Source of the DNA: Bacteroidales bacterium UBA4788
Lineage (GTDB): Bacteria; Bacteroidota; Bacteroidia; Bacteroidales; VadinHA17
DNA: 64,000 bases
Assembly: GCA_002402965.1 (NCBI GenBank)
Contig: DHGW01000070.1
Location: 19,380-83,379 of the forward strand
Direction: 5' to 3'
Positions 28,201-36,147 of this stretch are shown here, piece by piece. How positions within the stretch are numbered: the stretch's first letter is position 1; every line of letters begins with the position of its first letter. The translations under genes and the position numbers were made by a program. The notes below the pieces were generated by a model. It saw nothing but the letters and a program-made list of their open reading frames with translations, made no database searches and was not told where the DNA came from.

Positions 28201-28381
28201 TCCTGTGAATGTTGTAAACAAGCTTAAGATCTCAGGCGCAAGGGTTTTCTTTAACGGTGCAAATCTGATGACCCTGGCAGCATGGAAGGTGTACGACCCG
28301 GAAGTTAACGAATATGGCACCAGGGGATATGAATTGCCGCTGGGTAAGACATATACTTTTGGAATTGAAGCCAGTTTCTGA
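25244..28381 (+). CDS. SusC/RagA-family TonB-dependent receptor
   Basis: VTGTVTASEDGSPIPYAVVLLKG regulatory-like domain, LDEVIVVAYGT TonB box, 1045 aa, C-terminal FGIEASF. Confidence 0.95.
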   Translation: MKKLIFILMSVLFVNAGMAQTRVTGTVTASEDGSPIPYAVVLLKGSRGVGTNTDAEGRYSLGNVPSDAVLVFSYVGYKTQEIQVAGRTVVNVEMVTDALALDEVIVVAYGTSTKGTYTGAASVVKADALKDASTVSFENVMGGKVAGLQITTLSGQAGSASSIRVRGIGSMNASNEPLYVIDGIPVISGNVSQLSGEIYTTNNVMNTINPNDIESITVLKDAAASALYGSRAANGVIVITTKQGKKGKPVINFKASVGLTPSYATDNFEVAPIEQQLELYYENFWNAGVYYEGLTPEDASADACAAFNKRFSKHGYIMSAPDNTVNSLTITGDRAGRYYNWDSVLFRTEVYQTYDLSVSGATETSNYYTSFSYANDLGRTTINNFDRITGRINFSQEVGKFIEFASNINISSSMKKGFNDTRSMQSNYFMQSRNVLWPLYWPTDIATGEPWTARYGSYALNPVFQNEQFDNNSKTFRVMANESVTVKILPELFLKSIFSYDNTQVNDHLYYSPLHYYGAATTGEITETSTKITKLVSSTTLNFNKKFAQRHNVGVLLGWEAEKNQTDYQRAIGTNLPTSALHTVATAGKFDASAYFWGNTMLSMLSRAEYNFDDKYYASASFRRDGSSRLGSNTRWGNFWSVAGSWRIDQEPFMDNVPVISSLRLRASYGVNGTLPSANYGWRSLTSYTDNYMEQPGSSLSSIADANLSWETSYTSNLALEFGLFEQRISGSLEFFNRNSKDLLQDVPISTVTGFSSTLKNIGEINNKGLEFELYGDILRKSGFTWSAGLTASHVKSTVTKLYGDQDIIWWDPTGGDDRAQFIYTEGESTLALYGLEWAGVEDETGKNLWFLNNDVPSTLMVDGRPATYEFRDASEVIIGDVHPFLFGGINTNLGWKGLTLSLNFSYKLGGQTYDAVSRDVNEDGYYWERMMSQDCYDNRWTPENKDALYPMRIAIDLEDALQYSSRHMHPADYLRLKGITLGYDLPVNVVNKLKISGARVFFNGANLMTLAAWKVYDPEVNEYGTRGYELPLGKTYTFGIEASF

Positions 28382-28399
28382 TCTTAAAATGGTACTACG

Positions 28400-29866
28400 A
28401 TGAAAAAGACAAGAATATTACTTACGTTAGTTTGTGTCGCCCTCCTGGCATCCTGTGAAGATTTTCTGGATGTAAAACCAAGCAACTACGCAGCTGCCGA
28501 AACCTCAATTACAAATGCCACTGATGCCAAGGTAGCTATCAATGGTCTGATGAGAAAAATGACCTCATCCAGCTATTATGGCCGAAACTTTGTCATCTAT
28601 GGTGATGCAAAGGGTGGCGACTTTGCTGTAAGATCGCAGGGTAGAGGATTGGATTATTATTATTCTTTCAATCATTCTGCCACCTCGGGTTCCGGCTCAG
28701 GATTCTGGACACAGATTTACGACTGTATTCTGCAGGCCAATAACCTTATCAAGAATATTGAAAAGATTGAGGAAGCAGGTGACGGGACCACAGCTCTTAG
28801 CGGATACAAGGGACAAGCTCTCACAGCAAGAGCTCTCATGTACTTCGACCTGGTGAGGCTTTACGGTAAACCTTACAACATGGATAAAGCCTCCTTCGGA
28901 GTTCCCCTGGTACTTGAACCTCTGGATGCTTCAGCCCAGCCGACAAGAGAATCAGTTGAGGCTGTCTATACCCAGATCCTGAAGGACCTGACGGATGCTG
29001 CTCCGCTGCTTTCCAAGACTGTGTTAAAAGGGTTTCTCAACTACTATGCCAACAAAGCTATTGAGGCCAGGGTACATATGTTTATGGATAACTTTTCATC
29101 AGCCCTGACGGCTGCCGAGGAGGTTATTACAAGCGGCAAGTATACCCTGTATGACAATGATAAATGGGTAGACTCATGGTCATCTGAGTTTGGTTCTGAA
29201 TCTATTTTCGAGCTGGCAATCTATCCTGCCGAAGCAGACCTGGGGAATTCTTCACTCGGGTACTATCTCCTGCGCCTCAATATAGTATCAGGTGCCGCAG
29301 GCTGGTTTATGGCCAGTGATTACTTTCTGGAAAGACTCGGGGAGGATCCGACTGATGTGCGTTGGGGAATAATGGATTATGATGAATCATCCGACACCAG
29401 GTTCGGCAGTTGCCGGAAATACGCCGGTGTTGATCTTAAGGGCGATAAAGGATCATCAGCCTCTGCAGTCAATGTGAAGGTGATACGTCTGTCTGAGATC
29501 TATCTTCTTGCGGCTGAGGCTGCGTTGAAGATCCCCACACCTGACAAAGTCAAGGCGGCAACATACCTCAATGCCATACGCAAGAGAGCACCTGCCCTGA
29601 CTCCTGCAACTGATGCGACTGTCACGCTGGACATGATAGTTGAAGAAAGGAGCAAGGAACTGTTTATGGAGGGTCACAGGTACTTTGACCTGATACGACT
29701 GAACAGGTCAATAGAGTTCAATGATGAGTTCATTGATCCTGCTGTCCTTATCCCTCACCGCGAAAAAATCATTGACAGAACTTTTTACAAAATCGTTCTC
29801 CCAATATCTAAAACTGAGCTGGATGCCAACCCGGCAATTAAATCTCAGCAGAATACTGGTTATTAG
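28400..29866 (+). CDS. SusD/RagB-family lipoprotein
   Basis: Lipobox LLASCEDFLDVKPSN, 488 aa, directly after SusC. C-terminal RxxELxxEGHRYFDLIR motif. Confidence 0.95.
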   Translation: MKKTRILLTLVCVALLASCEDFLDVKPSNYAAAETSITNATDAKVAINGLMRKMTSSSYYGRNFVIYGDAKGGDFAVRSQGRGLDYYYSFNHSATSGSGSGFWTQIYDCILQANNLIKNIEKIEEAGDGTTALSGYKGQALTARALMYFDLVRLYGKPYNMDKASFGVPLVLEPLDASAQPTRESVEAVYTQILKDLTDAAPLLSKTVLKGFLNYYANKAIEARVHMFMDNFSSALTAAEEVITSGKYTLYDNDKWVDSWSSEFGSESIFELAIYPAEADLGNSSLGYYLLRLNIVSGAAGWFMASDYFLERLGEDPTDVRWGIMDYDESSDTRFGSCRKYAGVDLKGDKGSSASAVNVKVIRLSEIYLLAAEAALKIPTPDKVKAATYLNAIRKRAPALTPATDATVTLDMIVEERSKELFMEGHRYFDLIRLNRSIEFNDEFIDPAVLIPHREKIIDRTFYKIVLPISKTELDANPAIKSQQNTGY

Positions 29867-29885
29867 GGTTTTGGTTTTATTATAA

Positions 29886-29927
29886 ATACGGGGGCGACCT
29901 GGCCAGGGTACCCCCGTATTTTTTTTA
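29886..29927 (+). terminator. Rho-independent terminator after the SusD gene
   Basis: atacggggg...cccccgtat forms a 9-bp stem, followed by a T8 run. Confidence 0.7.
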
Positions 29928-30038
29928 CCCTTTTCACGGATATAATATCACTCATTAAGATGAACATTTGTTTCTTCCTGTATGTTATTACTAAACCATT
30001 ATTTAAACGGATTCTAAATAACTAAAAAAATCACAGCG

Positions 30039-30773
30039 ATGAAAAAAGTTGTTCTTCTTGCAACGGCAGTTCTTATTTCATCCGGCCTGTCAATGGCACA
30101 GGCAGATGAGAACAAGGATTACAGGATTCCCCTGATCGGGGAGAAGGCCCCCTCTTTTAGTGCCGAAAGTACAAATGGTCCAATTGTTTTTCCTTCTGAT
30201 TTCGGAAGCAAATGGAAGATACTGTTTGCACACCCGGCTGATTTCACTCCGGTATGCTCCTCAGAGCTCCTTGAGCTGGCATTTCTTCAGCAGGAGTTTG
30301 ACAGGCTGAACGTGAAACTGGCAGTAATTTCAACCAGTCCGCTCGAGACCCATAAGCAGTGGAAGAAAGCTCTTGAAGAGGTTGATTACAAGGGCCGGAC
30401 GGCCGTCAAGATTAAATTTCCCATGATTGATGATGACACCAGGGTGGCTTCAAATTTGTACGGAATGATACATCCTTCAATCAACGGCACTAAAAGTGTT
30501 CGCGGTGTATTTATCATTGATCCCGAAAATGTTATCCAGGCTGTTTATTTTTATCCTATGAACGTAGGACGGAGCAGTGAGGAACTGCTCAGATCGGTAA
30601 AGGCACTACAGACAGCCAACGATGTCCACATGACACCATCTGACTGGAAACCCGGCGACGACCTTTTTATTACGGTTCCTCCGGTGACCGATCAGAAGAC
30701 TGAAAATGTGCCTGATGGCTTTTACAAACTGTCGTGGTTTATGTGGTACGAGAAGGCCAGTGCGAAAAAATGA
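30039..30773 (+). CDS. Peroxiredoxin (1-Cys/Prx6-like) with an N-terminal signal peptide
   Basis: FAHPADFTPVCSSEL peroxidatic-Cys motif. Preceded by MKKVVLLATAVLISSGLSMAQA. Confidence 0.9.
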   Translation: MKKVVLLATAVLISSGLSMAQADENKDYRIPLIGEKAPSFSAESTNGPIVFPSDFGSKWKILFAHPADFTPVCSSELLELAFLQQEFDRLNVKLAVISTSPLETHKQWKKALEEVDYKGRTAVKIKFPMIDDDTRVASNLYGMIHPSINGTKSVRGVFIIDPENVIQAVYFYPMNVGRSSEELLRSVKALQTANDVHMTPSDWKPGDDLFITVPPVTDQKTENVPDGFYKLSWFMWYEKASAKK

Positions 30774-30796
30774 CCTCGTTGATGGTTCTGATATAG

Positions 30797-30828
30797 AAAA
30801 GTCCGGTAGCCATCCGGACTTTTTTATT
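30797..30828. terminator. Bidirectional hairpin terminator between convergent genes
   Basis: aaaagtccgg-tagccat-ccggactttt forms a 10-bp stem, with an A-run 5' and a T-run 3'. Confidence 0.6.
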
Positions 30829-30845
30829 GAACTTATCTTTCAAAA

Positions 30846-33530
30846 TCAATTCCTTATATAGAGATATCCGCTGATTGCAAGGCCGTTTTCAGCCTCGATA
30901 ACGTAGAAGTAGACATCATCAGGCAGCGGTTCACCGTTATAATCGGTTCCGTGCCACAGGTTATCATAGCCGGCATTCCTGTAAACCAGCGCTCCCCTTC
31001 TGTCGAACACTGTCAGTTCAACTTTTCCCAGGACCTCTAAACCCCGGAGTTCAAAATAATCATTCCTGTCGTCCATGTTAGGGGTTATAAGCGAGGGAAT
31101 GTCTACATTTTTAACAATGATCAGCAATTCGTCCGCTGCGGGCATGCAGACACCGTTTGTAACGGTCCACACGAGCCTGTTTTCACCCTCGGAGAGGTTG
31201 GTGACCGTTGCCTTCGGATTGCCGGGTTCAGAAACAGTTCCCGTTCCGTAATCCACTGACCAGGTACCTGTTGAGAACTCGTCTGGTTCTGCAGCATCGA
31301 GGGTTGTTGTAAAGATGAATATCAGCTCCTTATCTTCTCCTGCATATGCAGTTGGCTGCTGCAGGGCAGTAACCGTCACCGGGCTGATGGCGGAGCAGCC
31401 GCCGGGAATGGTACCCCTGATGAAATAAGTGCCCTCAGATGCTGCAGCAGGCGTGTTCAACGGAACAGTGGCCTGCACATCCCTCCAGTAGGTGAATGTC
31501 AGGTTTGGTGTTGATCCGGCAGTGACAGCCGGTACTGTCAGGTCAGCCGTACCTGGAGAACAGACCGGGCCGGGGTTATGTATCACCAGCGTCGGGAAAG
31601 GTCCCGGCTGCGGATTGATGACCACGTCCGCAGAGACCGCTGAGGTACATCCTTCTGCATTGGTGACGGTGAAGTTGTACGAACCGGGATTCAGGCCGTG
31701 TACGGTGAAGGTGGTTCCTGATGCGTTGACAGGTATGCTTCCCGGAAAACGGGTAAGTGTCCAGGTGCCTTCAGCAGGCAGTCCGTTGATCACCACGCTG
31801 CCGGCAGGCTGGTCACAGGTAGGTTGGGTGATGGTTCCGGGCACTGGCGGAGTGGGCGTTGATGGCTGCATATTGATGGTCACTCCCGGTGAAGGAAGTG
31901 ACGTGCATCCGGAAGAGCCTGCGACTGTAAATGTATAGGTGCCGGGTTGGAGTCCCGTTATGGTGGTGCTTACGCCCGTCCCGGTGAATATAGCTCCGTC
32001 AGGAAGACGTGTGAGTGTCCATGAACCTGAAGATGGCAGACCTGATAATAACACGGTTCCTGTTGAGACATTGCAACCGGGCTGGGTTATTGTACCAGGC
32101 ACCGGAGCACCCGGAATCTCCGGGCCTGTGTTTATGACTACCTCTGCAGACGGGCCTGAGGTACATCCTGCTTCATTCGTCACCGTGAAGGTGAATGTCC
32201 CTGAAGGGATTCCTGTGATCAGGGCACTGCTTCCCGTGCCTGTAGTTACCACATCTCCCGGTGTGCGCGTTACGCTCCACGTCCCGGCTGAAGGGAGTCC
32301 CGACAATTGAGCAGAACCCGTGGGGGAACTGCAGGAGGGGTGTGTGATGGCACCAGGCACCGGAGGCGACGGGATAACCGGAGATACATTGATCACCACA
32401 TCAGTCGATGGTGCAGAGGTGCACCCTGAAGCATTGGTGACGGTAAAATAATATGTGCCCGCTGCCAGTTCCCCGATGGTCAGGGTGGTGCCGCTGCCGT
32501 TGTATGGCCTTGCTCCGGGATAGAGATATACGGTCCAACTCCCCTCCGCCGGCAGTCCGCTAAGCGAGACGCTGCCTGAAGATATGGTGCACGTGGGCTG
32601 AACAACTTCTGCAATCACAGGTGCAGTGGGTGTATCGGGAGCAGTCATTATGACTATCTGAGCGGAAGGCTCAGAGGTACAGCCGCTCTGGTTGGTCACT
32701 GTATAGGCCCAGGTACCTGGCGTCAGGCCCGTGACCGTATATGATGATCCGCTGCCTGTAATCGTCTCCCCGTCAGGGAGCCTTGTAAGGGTCCATGTTC
32801 CGGTATTGGGAAGGCCTTCAAGCACAACACTGCCGGTAGAGGTATCACATGTGGGCTGCGTGATCCGTGCTATCTTCGGGGCATCAGGAGTGATACATGA
32901 AATCTTGATCATGTAATCTTCCACCTCGCCGGAGGTGGCAGTGCCGGTACTGCCGTACTCAGGATCATTTGTTGATCTCGGACCAAGCCGAAACCGTGCA
33001 AAGGTTGGCCTGGTGGCAATGGCTGTTGAAGGGACCGTGATATCAAGATTATAGGTGCCTGACCCTCTGCGTACGTTTGCTGCTACTGTTTCGCCCTGAT
33101 CATCGAAATCACCATCGCCGTTCCAGTCAATCCATACATTAAGATATGCAGAATAGTACCACGGGTTGGCTACTGTATACACAAATGTTGCCTTTGCTCC
33201 CTGTCTTAATGAGGGTATTGTAACCCCGTCCTCATCATCAATCCCGTTAAGGTCGTCACCGTCAGCCTCCGGCGAGTACTGACTCTGTCCCTCGCCGTCA
33301 ATCCGGCTTCCCAGATACTGCGACGTGTTGATGACATGATCAGCAGATCCGTAGCTTGCAGGCGCATCGCCATAATCGTTGGTATTAGCCTGCATAACCA
33401 TGGCTGCATGAACAAACGACCGGTCAGCTGGCGAGGATCTGCCCTCTACGATGTGAGTTGCGGGGAGGCTGAACGCTGTCAGGAAAGTCAATGCACAGAG
33501 TAGTATTCCTATTGCTGTTTTTTTTGGCAT
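30846..33530 (-). CDS. Large secreted adhesin-like protein: GEVED domain + 5 tandem 86-aa Ig-like repeats + T9SS type-B (gliding-motility CTD) sorting domain
   Basis: DYGDAPASYG...SGEVEDY motif. Repeats ITQPTC..GS..L.GLP..G.W......G.....G.G.....GL..G.Y.FTVTN..GCTS.PS. C-terminal LITPNMDDRNDYFELRGLE...VYFYVIE. The ATG at 33530 gives signal peptide MPKKTAIGILLCALTFLTAFS. Confidence 0.9.
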   Translation of the reverse strand: MPKKTAIGILLCALTFLTAFSLPATHIVEGRSSPADRSFVHAAMVMQANTNDYGDAPASYGSADHVINTSQYLGSRIDGEGQSQYSPEADGDDLNGIDDEDGVTIPSLRQGAKATFVYTVANPWYYSAYLNVWIDWNGDGDFDDQGETVAANVRRGSGTYNLDITVPSTAIATRPTFARFRLGPRSTNDPEYGSTGTATSGEVEDYMIKISCITPDAPKIARITQPTCDTSTGSVVLEGLPNTGTWTLTRLPDGETITGSGSSYTVTGLTPGTWAYTVTNQSGCTSEPSAQIVIMTAPDTPTAPVIAEVVQPTCTISSGSVSLSGLPAEGSWTVYLYPGARPYNGSGTTLTIGELAAGTYYFTVTNASGCTSAPSTDVVINVSPVIPSPPVPGAITHPSCSSPTGSAQLSGLPSAGTWSVTRTPGDVVTTGTGSSALITGIPSGTFTFTVTNEAGCTSGPSAEVVINTGPEIPGAPVPGTITQPGCNVSTGTVLLSGLPSSGSWTLTRLPDGAIFTGTGVSTTITGLQPGTYTFTVAGSSGCTSLPSPGVTINMQPSTPTPPVPGTITQPTCDQPAGSVVINGLPAEGTWTLTRFPGSIPVNASGTTFTVHGLNPGSYNFTVTNAEGCTSAVSADVVINPQPGPFPTLVIHNPGPVCSPGTADLTVPAVTAGSTPNLTFTYWRDVQATVPLNTPAAASEGTYFIRGTIPGGCSAISPVTVTALQQPTAYAGEDKELIFIFTTTLDAAEPDEFSTGTWSVDYGTGTVSEPGNPKATVTNLSEGENRLVWTVTNGVCMPAADELLIIVKNVDIPSLITPNMDDRNDYFELRGLEVLGKVELTVFDRRGALVYRNAGYDNLWHGTDYNGEPLPDDVYFYVIEAENGLAISGYLYIRN
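31575..32864 (-). repeat. Five in-frame tandem repeats with an exact 258-nt (86-aa) period, inside the T9SS cargo gene
   Basis: Repeat starts at residues 233, 319, 405, 491 and 577 of the tracked ORF (ITQPTC/VVQPTC/ITHPSC/ITQPGC/ITQPTC). A sixth degenerate copy follows. Confidence 0.8.
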
Positions 33531-33890
33531 TCCTCTTTTATATTTCAAACCTGGTCTCATCTGACGGCCCTAAAATGTTACAAGTTAGAGACGATGCCAG
33601 GCTTATACAAAGATAATTTGATTAAACGATATTCTCAATCTTTGGTAATTGTTGCCGCTGACAGCCATTATTCGGGACTTTGTGCCCATCCTGACTCCCG
33701 GCGAACACAAACTCCGATTTGACGAACAACTGCAATCAGTTGATAAGTAAACCAGTGAAAGCGGTAAATGTTCTTGACCGCAGGAATATCTGACCCGGGA
33801 TGCCTGGGTCACTCAATAATTGGTTCCGGAATGCCACCTGAAGAGATTAAATGATATATTTTTGTTGAACATAAAAAAGAAAGAAGTACA

Positions 33891-34076
33891 ATGAAAGAAA
33901 GAATGCAGGAGTGTTCTCCGTCATCAGGTGCCGTTTACGGCCTGGGACTCATAGGCGCAGCGATCTACTTTATCTCTCAGGCTACCGGATTCTGGATGGG
34001 TGTTCTGGGATTCCTGAAGGCAATCGTCTGGCCGGTATTCCTGGTCCTGGAAGCCTTCAAAAACCTTGGGGTATAA
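33891..34076 (+). CDS. Small two-TM membrane protein, unknown function
   Basis: 61 aa. GAVYGLGLIGAAIYFISQATGFWMGVLGFLKAIVWPVFLV gives two hydrophobic helices. A TA-rich promoter-like box (tatatttttg) lies ~30 nt upstream. Confidence 0.5.
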   Translation: MKERMQECSPSSGAVYGLGLIGAAIYFISQATGFWMGVLGFLKAIVWPVFLVLEAFKNLGV

Positions 34077-34138
34077 ACGGGTTTTCCTCCCTGTGGACCT
34101 GGGTCCCGGCCCCGGGGCAGAGCAATTCTGACAATTAT

Positions 34139-34789
34139 TTAGCGTGATTCTTCCGGTGTAGGATCTTTCTGTTCCTCTCCGCAGAAGCGGCATATCTTTG
34201 CACTGAGATGTATCTTTTCGCCGCAGTTTGCGCACTCCTTCAGTTCACCCGTTCCGGACATCAGCCTTTCCTTTTCATCTGACAGGATACCCTGAAAAAG
34301 GTTGAGCTCGGTATTCGTTATGAACTTTACCGGCTGAGCCATGCTGCCACCGGCATATTCAATAATGAGATACCTTTTCCTGAGTTTTATAAGGAGCCAC
34401 ACCCCTCCGGCAATTGAGAGTAATGCGATACCAAGCATGATATAAGTCGACTGCCTTACGTCAGTAAGCAAACCGAGGGTGGCTGCCAGCACTCCGAACG
34501 CTATCAGTGCCGAACCCGGCAAGGGCTTCGATACCTCCTTGCTGGCTGTGCCTGTAATATCAAGAAGACTGACTATCTTTTTGCCCCTGCTGACCCTGAG
34601 ACCGCCCCCGGGGAAACGGACACCCGACTCGTACAGTTTTCCCACCTGGTAGACCCGCTTGTCTGAAATAATAACCGCTGAATCTGACAGATCGTCATCA
34701 ACCAGGAGGGATGAAAAATAATCCTGACCCAATATCGCCGTAAATTTTTCGTGCTGCGATGCAAAGAGGTTTTTGTAGTCGTATTTCAT
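34139..34789 (-). CDS. Membrane protein with PH/GRAM-like halves split by two TM helices and a C-terminal zinc ribbon
   Basis: CANCGEKIHLSAKICRFCGEE (CxxC...CxxC). Central TM pair (ALIAFGVLAATLGLL / IMLGIALLSIAGGVWLLI). The ATG at 34789 (MKYDYKNLF) is preferred over the longer ORF. Confidence 0.7.
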   Translation of the reverse strand: MKYDYKNLFASQHEKFTAILGQDYFSSLLVDDDLSDSAVIISDKRVYQVGKLYESGVRFPGGGLRVSRGKKIVSLLDITGTASKEVSKPLPGSALIAFGVLAATLGLLTDVRQSTYIMLGIALLSIAGGVWLLIKLRKRYLIIEYAGGSMAQPVKFITNTELNLFQGILSDEKERLMSGTGELKECANCGEKIHLSAKICRFCGEEQKDPTPEESR

Positions 34790-35009
34790 TGATATTGTCA
34801 GTTTGACAGCGGTCTGTAATTGCCTGCAGTTATCCCATTGCCTGTCCAAATTTCGCGAATAAACCGCATAAAATGAGAGCTGCAGCCCTTAAATGCAGGA
34901 TAATTTTGACCAACAATGGGGTTGAGAGGACAAATGGGCAGAGTTCATAGACAACGCGCCTGCGTCGCTTAAACAGAGTCGCATAGAGACAGGTACGGAC
35001 CTGTGCAGA

Positions 35010-35729
35010 TCATTCGAAGTGGAGTGAAAGCACCCACATCCGCGATTTCAATGCTTCTATGGAATTGCTGTATTCAGGGTAATCCGGGTGCGGGTCATGG
35101 GCCAGCACATCCTTTATGCCGTTTGACATCTTGATCTCTACCGACAGCCTTATATCGGAGAGATAAAACCCTACTCCGGCACCTGCCTCATAGTAAAAAT
35201 CCGGTTTGTTTAACCTCAGATAAACAGGTCTTTCAAGCCTGTACTTCTCCTGCGCGTAAAAGTCGTACCGGTAATTTATGCCTCCGATTATATAAGGCTT
35301 GATATTCTGCATCCGCCATCCGTACCTGAGCGTCAGAGGGACCTCAATGAAGCTCGACTCAATCTTCTGAGGGCTGAAGATTGTATCGACCTGGCTGGTA
35401 GTCGAAAAATTGACATTCCTCTGTCCGAATGATAAACCGGGAAGGATCCTGATATCAAAAAACTGGTTCAGCCTGAAGTTCAGGGACAGATGGATGTTTA
35501 TTCCGGGAAAAACGCTCACCCCGGATGGGTAGAGGGAGTCAGGCGCTGTGAACTGGTCTGAGGGATCAATGCGGAAATTCATGGTATTGAGTCCGAGACT
35601 GAATCCTGCACTGAAGAATTTTTCGTCTTCCCAGGGACCACCATCAGCCACCTGGCTCTGCCCTGCGAGGCCCAGCCCGAACAGTATCATCACCGTTGCA
35701 AGACTGATTTTTTTTATACTTGTTTTCAT
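35010..35729 (-). CDS. Outer-membrane beta-barrel protein (PorT/OMP_b-brl_2-like)
   Basis: Signal peptide, alternating-hydrophobic strands throughout, terminal aromatic (SLHFE). 239 aa. Confidence 0.75.
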   Translation of the reverse strand: MKTSIKKISLATVMILFGLGLAGQSQVADGGPWEDEKFFSAGFSLGLNTMNFRIDPSDQFTAPDSLYPSGVSVFPGINIHLSLNFRLNQFFDIRILPGLSFGQRNVNFSTTSQVDTIFSPQKIESSFIEVPLTLRYGWRMQNIKPYIIGGINYRYDFYAQEKYRLERPVYLRLNKPDFYYEAGAGVGFYLSDIRLSVEIKMSNGIKDVLAHDPHPDYPEYSNSIEALKSRMWVLSLHFE

Positions 35730-35830
35730 CGCCGGGGACTTGTTCAGATTCGGGTGTGTAAGATAATAATTATGATCGACAGGGAAAAAGCAAAATATCA
35801 GGGGGCAGGTTAAAGGTGAATGTTACGGAA

Positions 35831-36034
35831 TCAGAATGGTGTGCAGACCCATCCGTATGACTCTAACTTATTCTTTGACATCGAGTTGCACACCTGTTGG
35901 GCTTGAGTGGCATTATGGGGATTCTCGCAATACCAGCAGATCTCAGCCGTATCGCACGAGGCGAAACTCAGCATGTAAAACAGGAGCAGGATTCCCGCCA
36001 TCTGCAAACTGACTTTCCTTTTCCCTTTTACCAT
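35831..36034 (-). CDS. Cys-rich mini-lipoprotein, unknown function
   Basis: MVKGKRKVSLQMAGILLLFYMLSFASC lipobox, then 4 more Cys in ~45 aa (CWYC...C...C). Lies between the CotH and barrel genes on the same strand. Confidence 0.4.
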   Translation of the reverse strand: MVKGKRKVSLQMAGILLLFYMLSFASCDTAEICWYCENPHNATQAQQVCNSMSKNKLESYGWVCTPF

Positions 36035-36147
36035 GCTTACTGACTGTTCAGTGCTCTGCAAAATTAAAATAAGTGCAGAGAGAATTCAAAATCATTTTGA
36101 TAACCGCTGTGCCGGCAGGCAAGTCCATCAAGGACTCATGTAAGCTA

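Noticed and set aside
31492-32310. Two long plus-strand ORFs (148 and 123 aa) inside the T9SS repeat gene
   Set aside because: They lie antisense to a well-supported 894-aa gene. Their P/G/V/T-rich translations are the expected shadow of the G/T/S/P-rich repeats. They have no start context or signal of their own.
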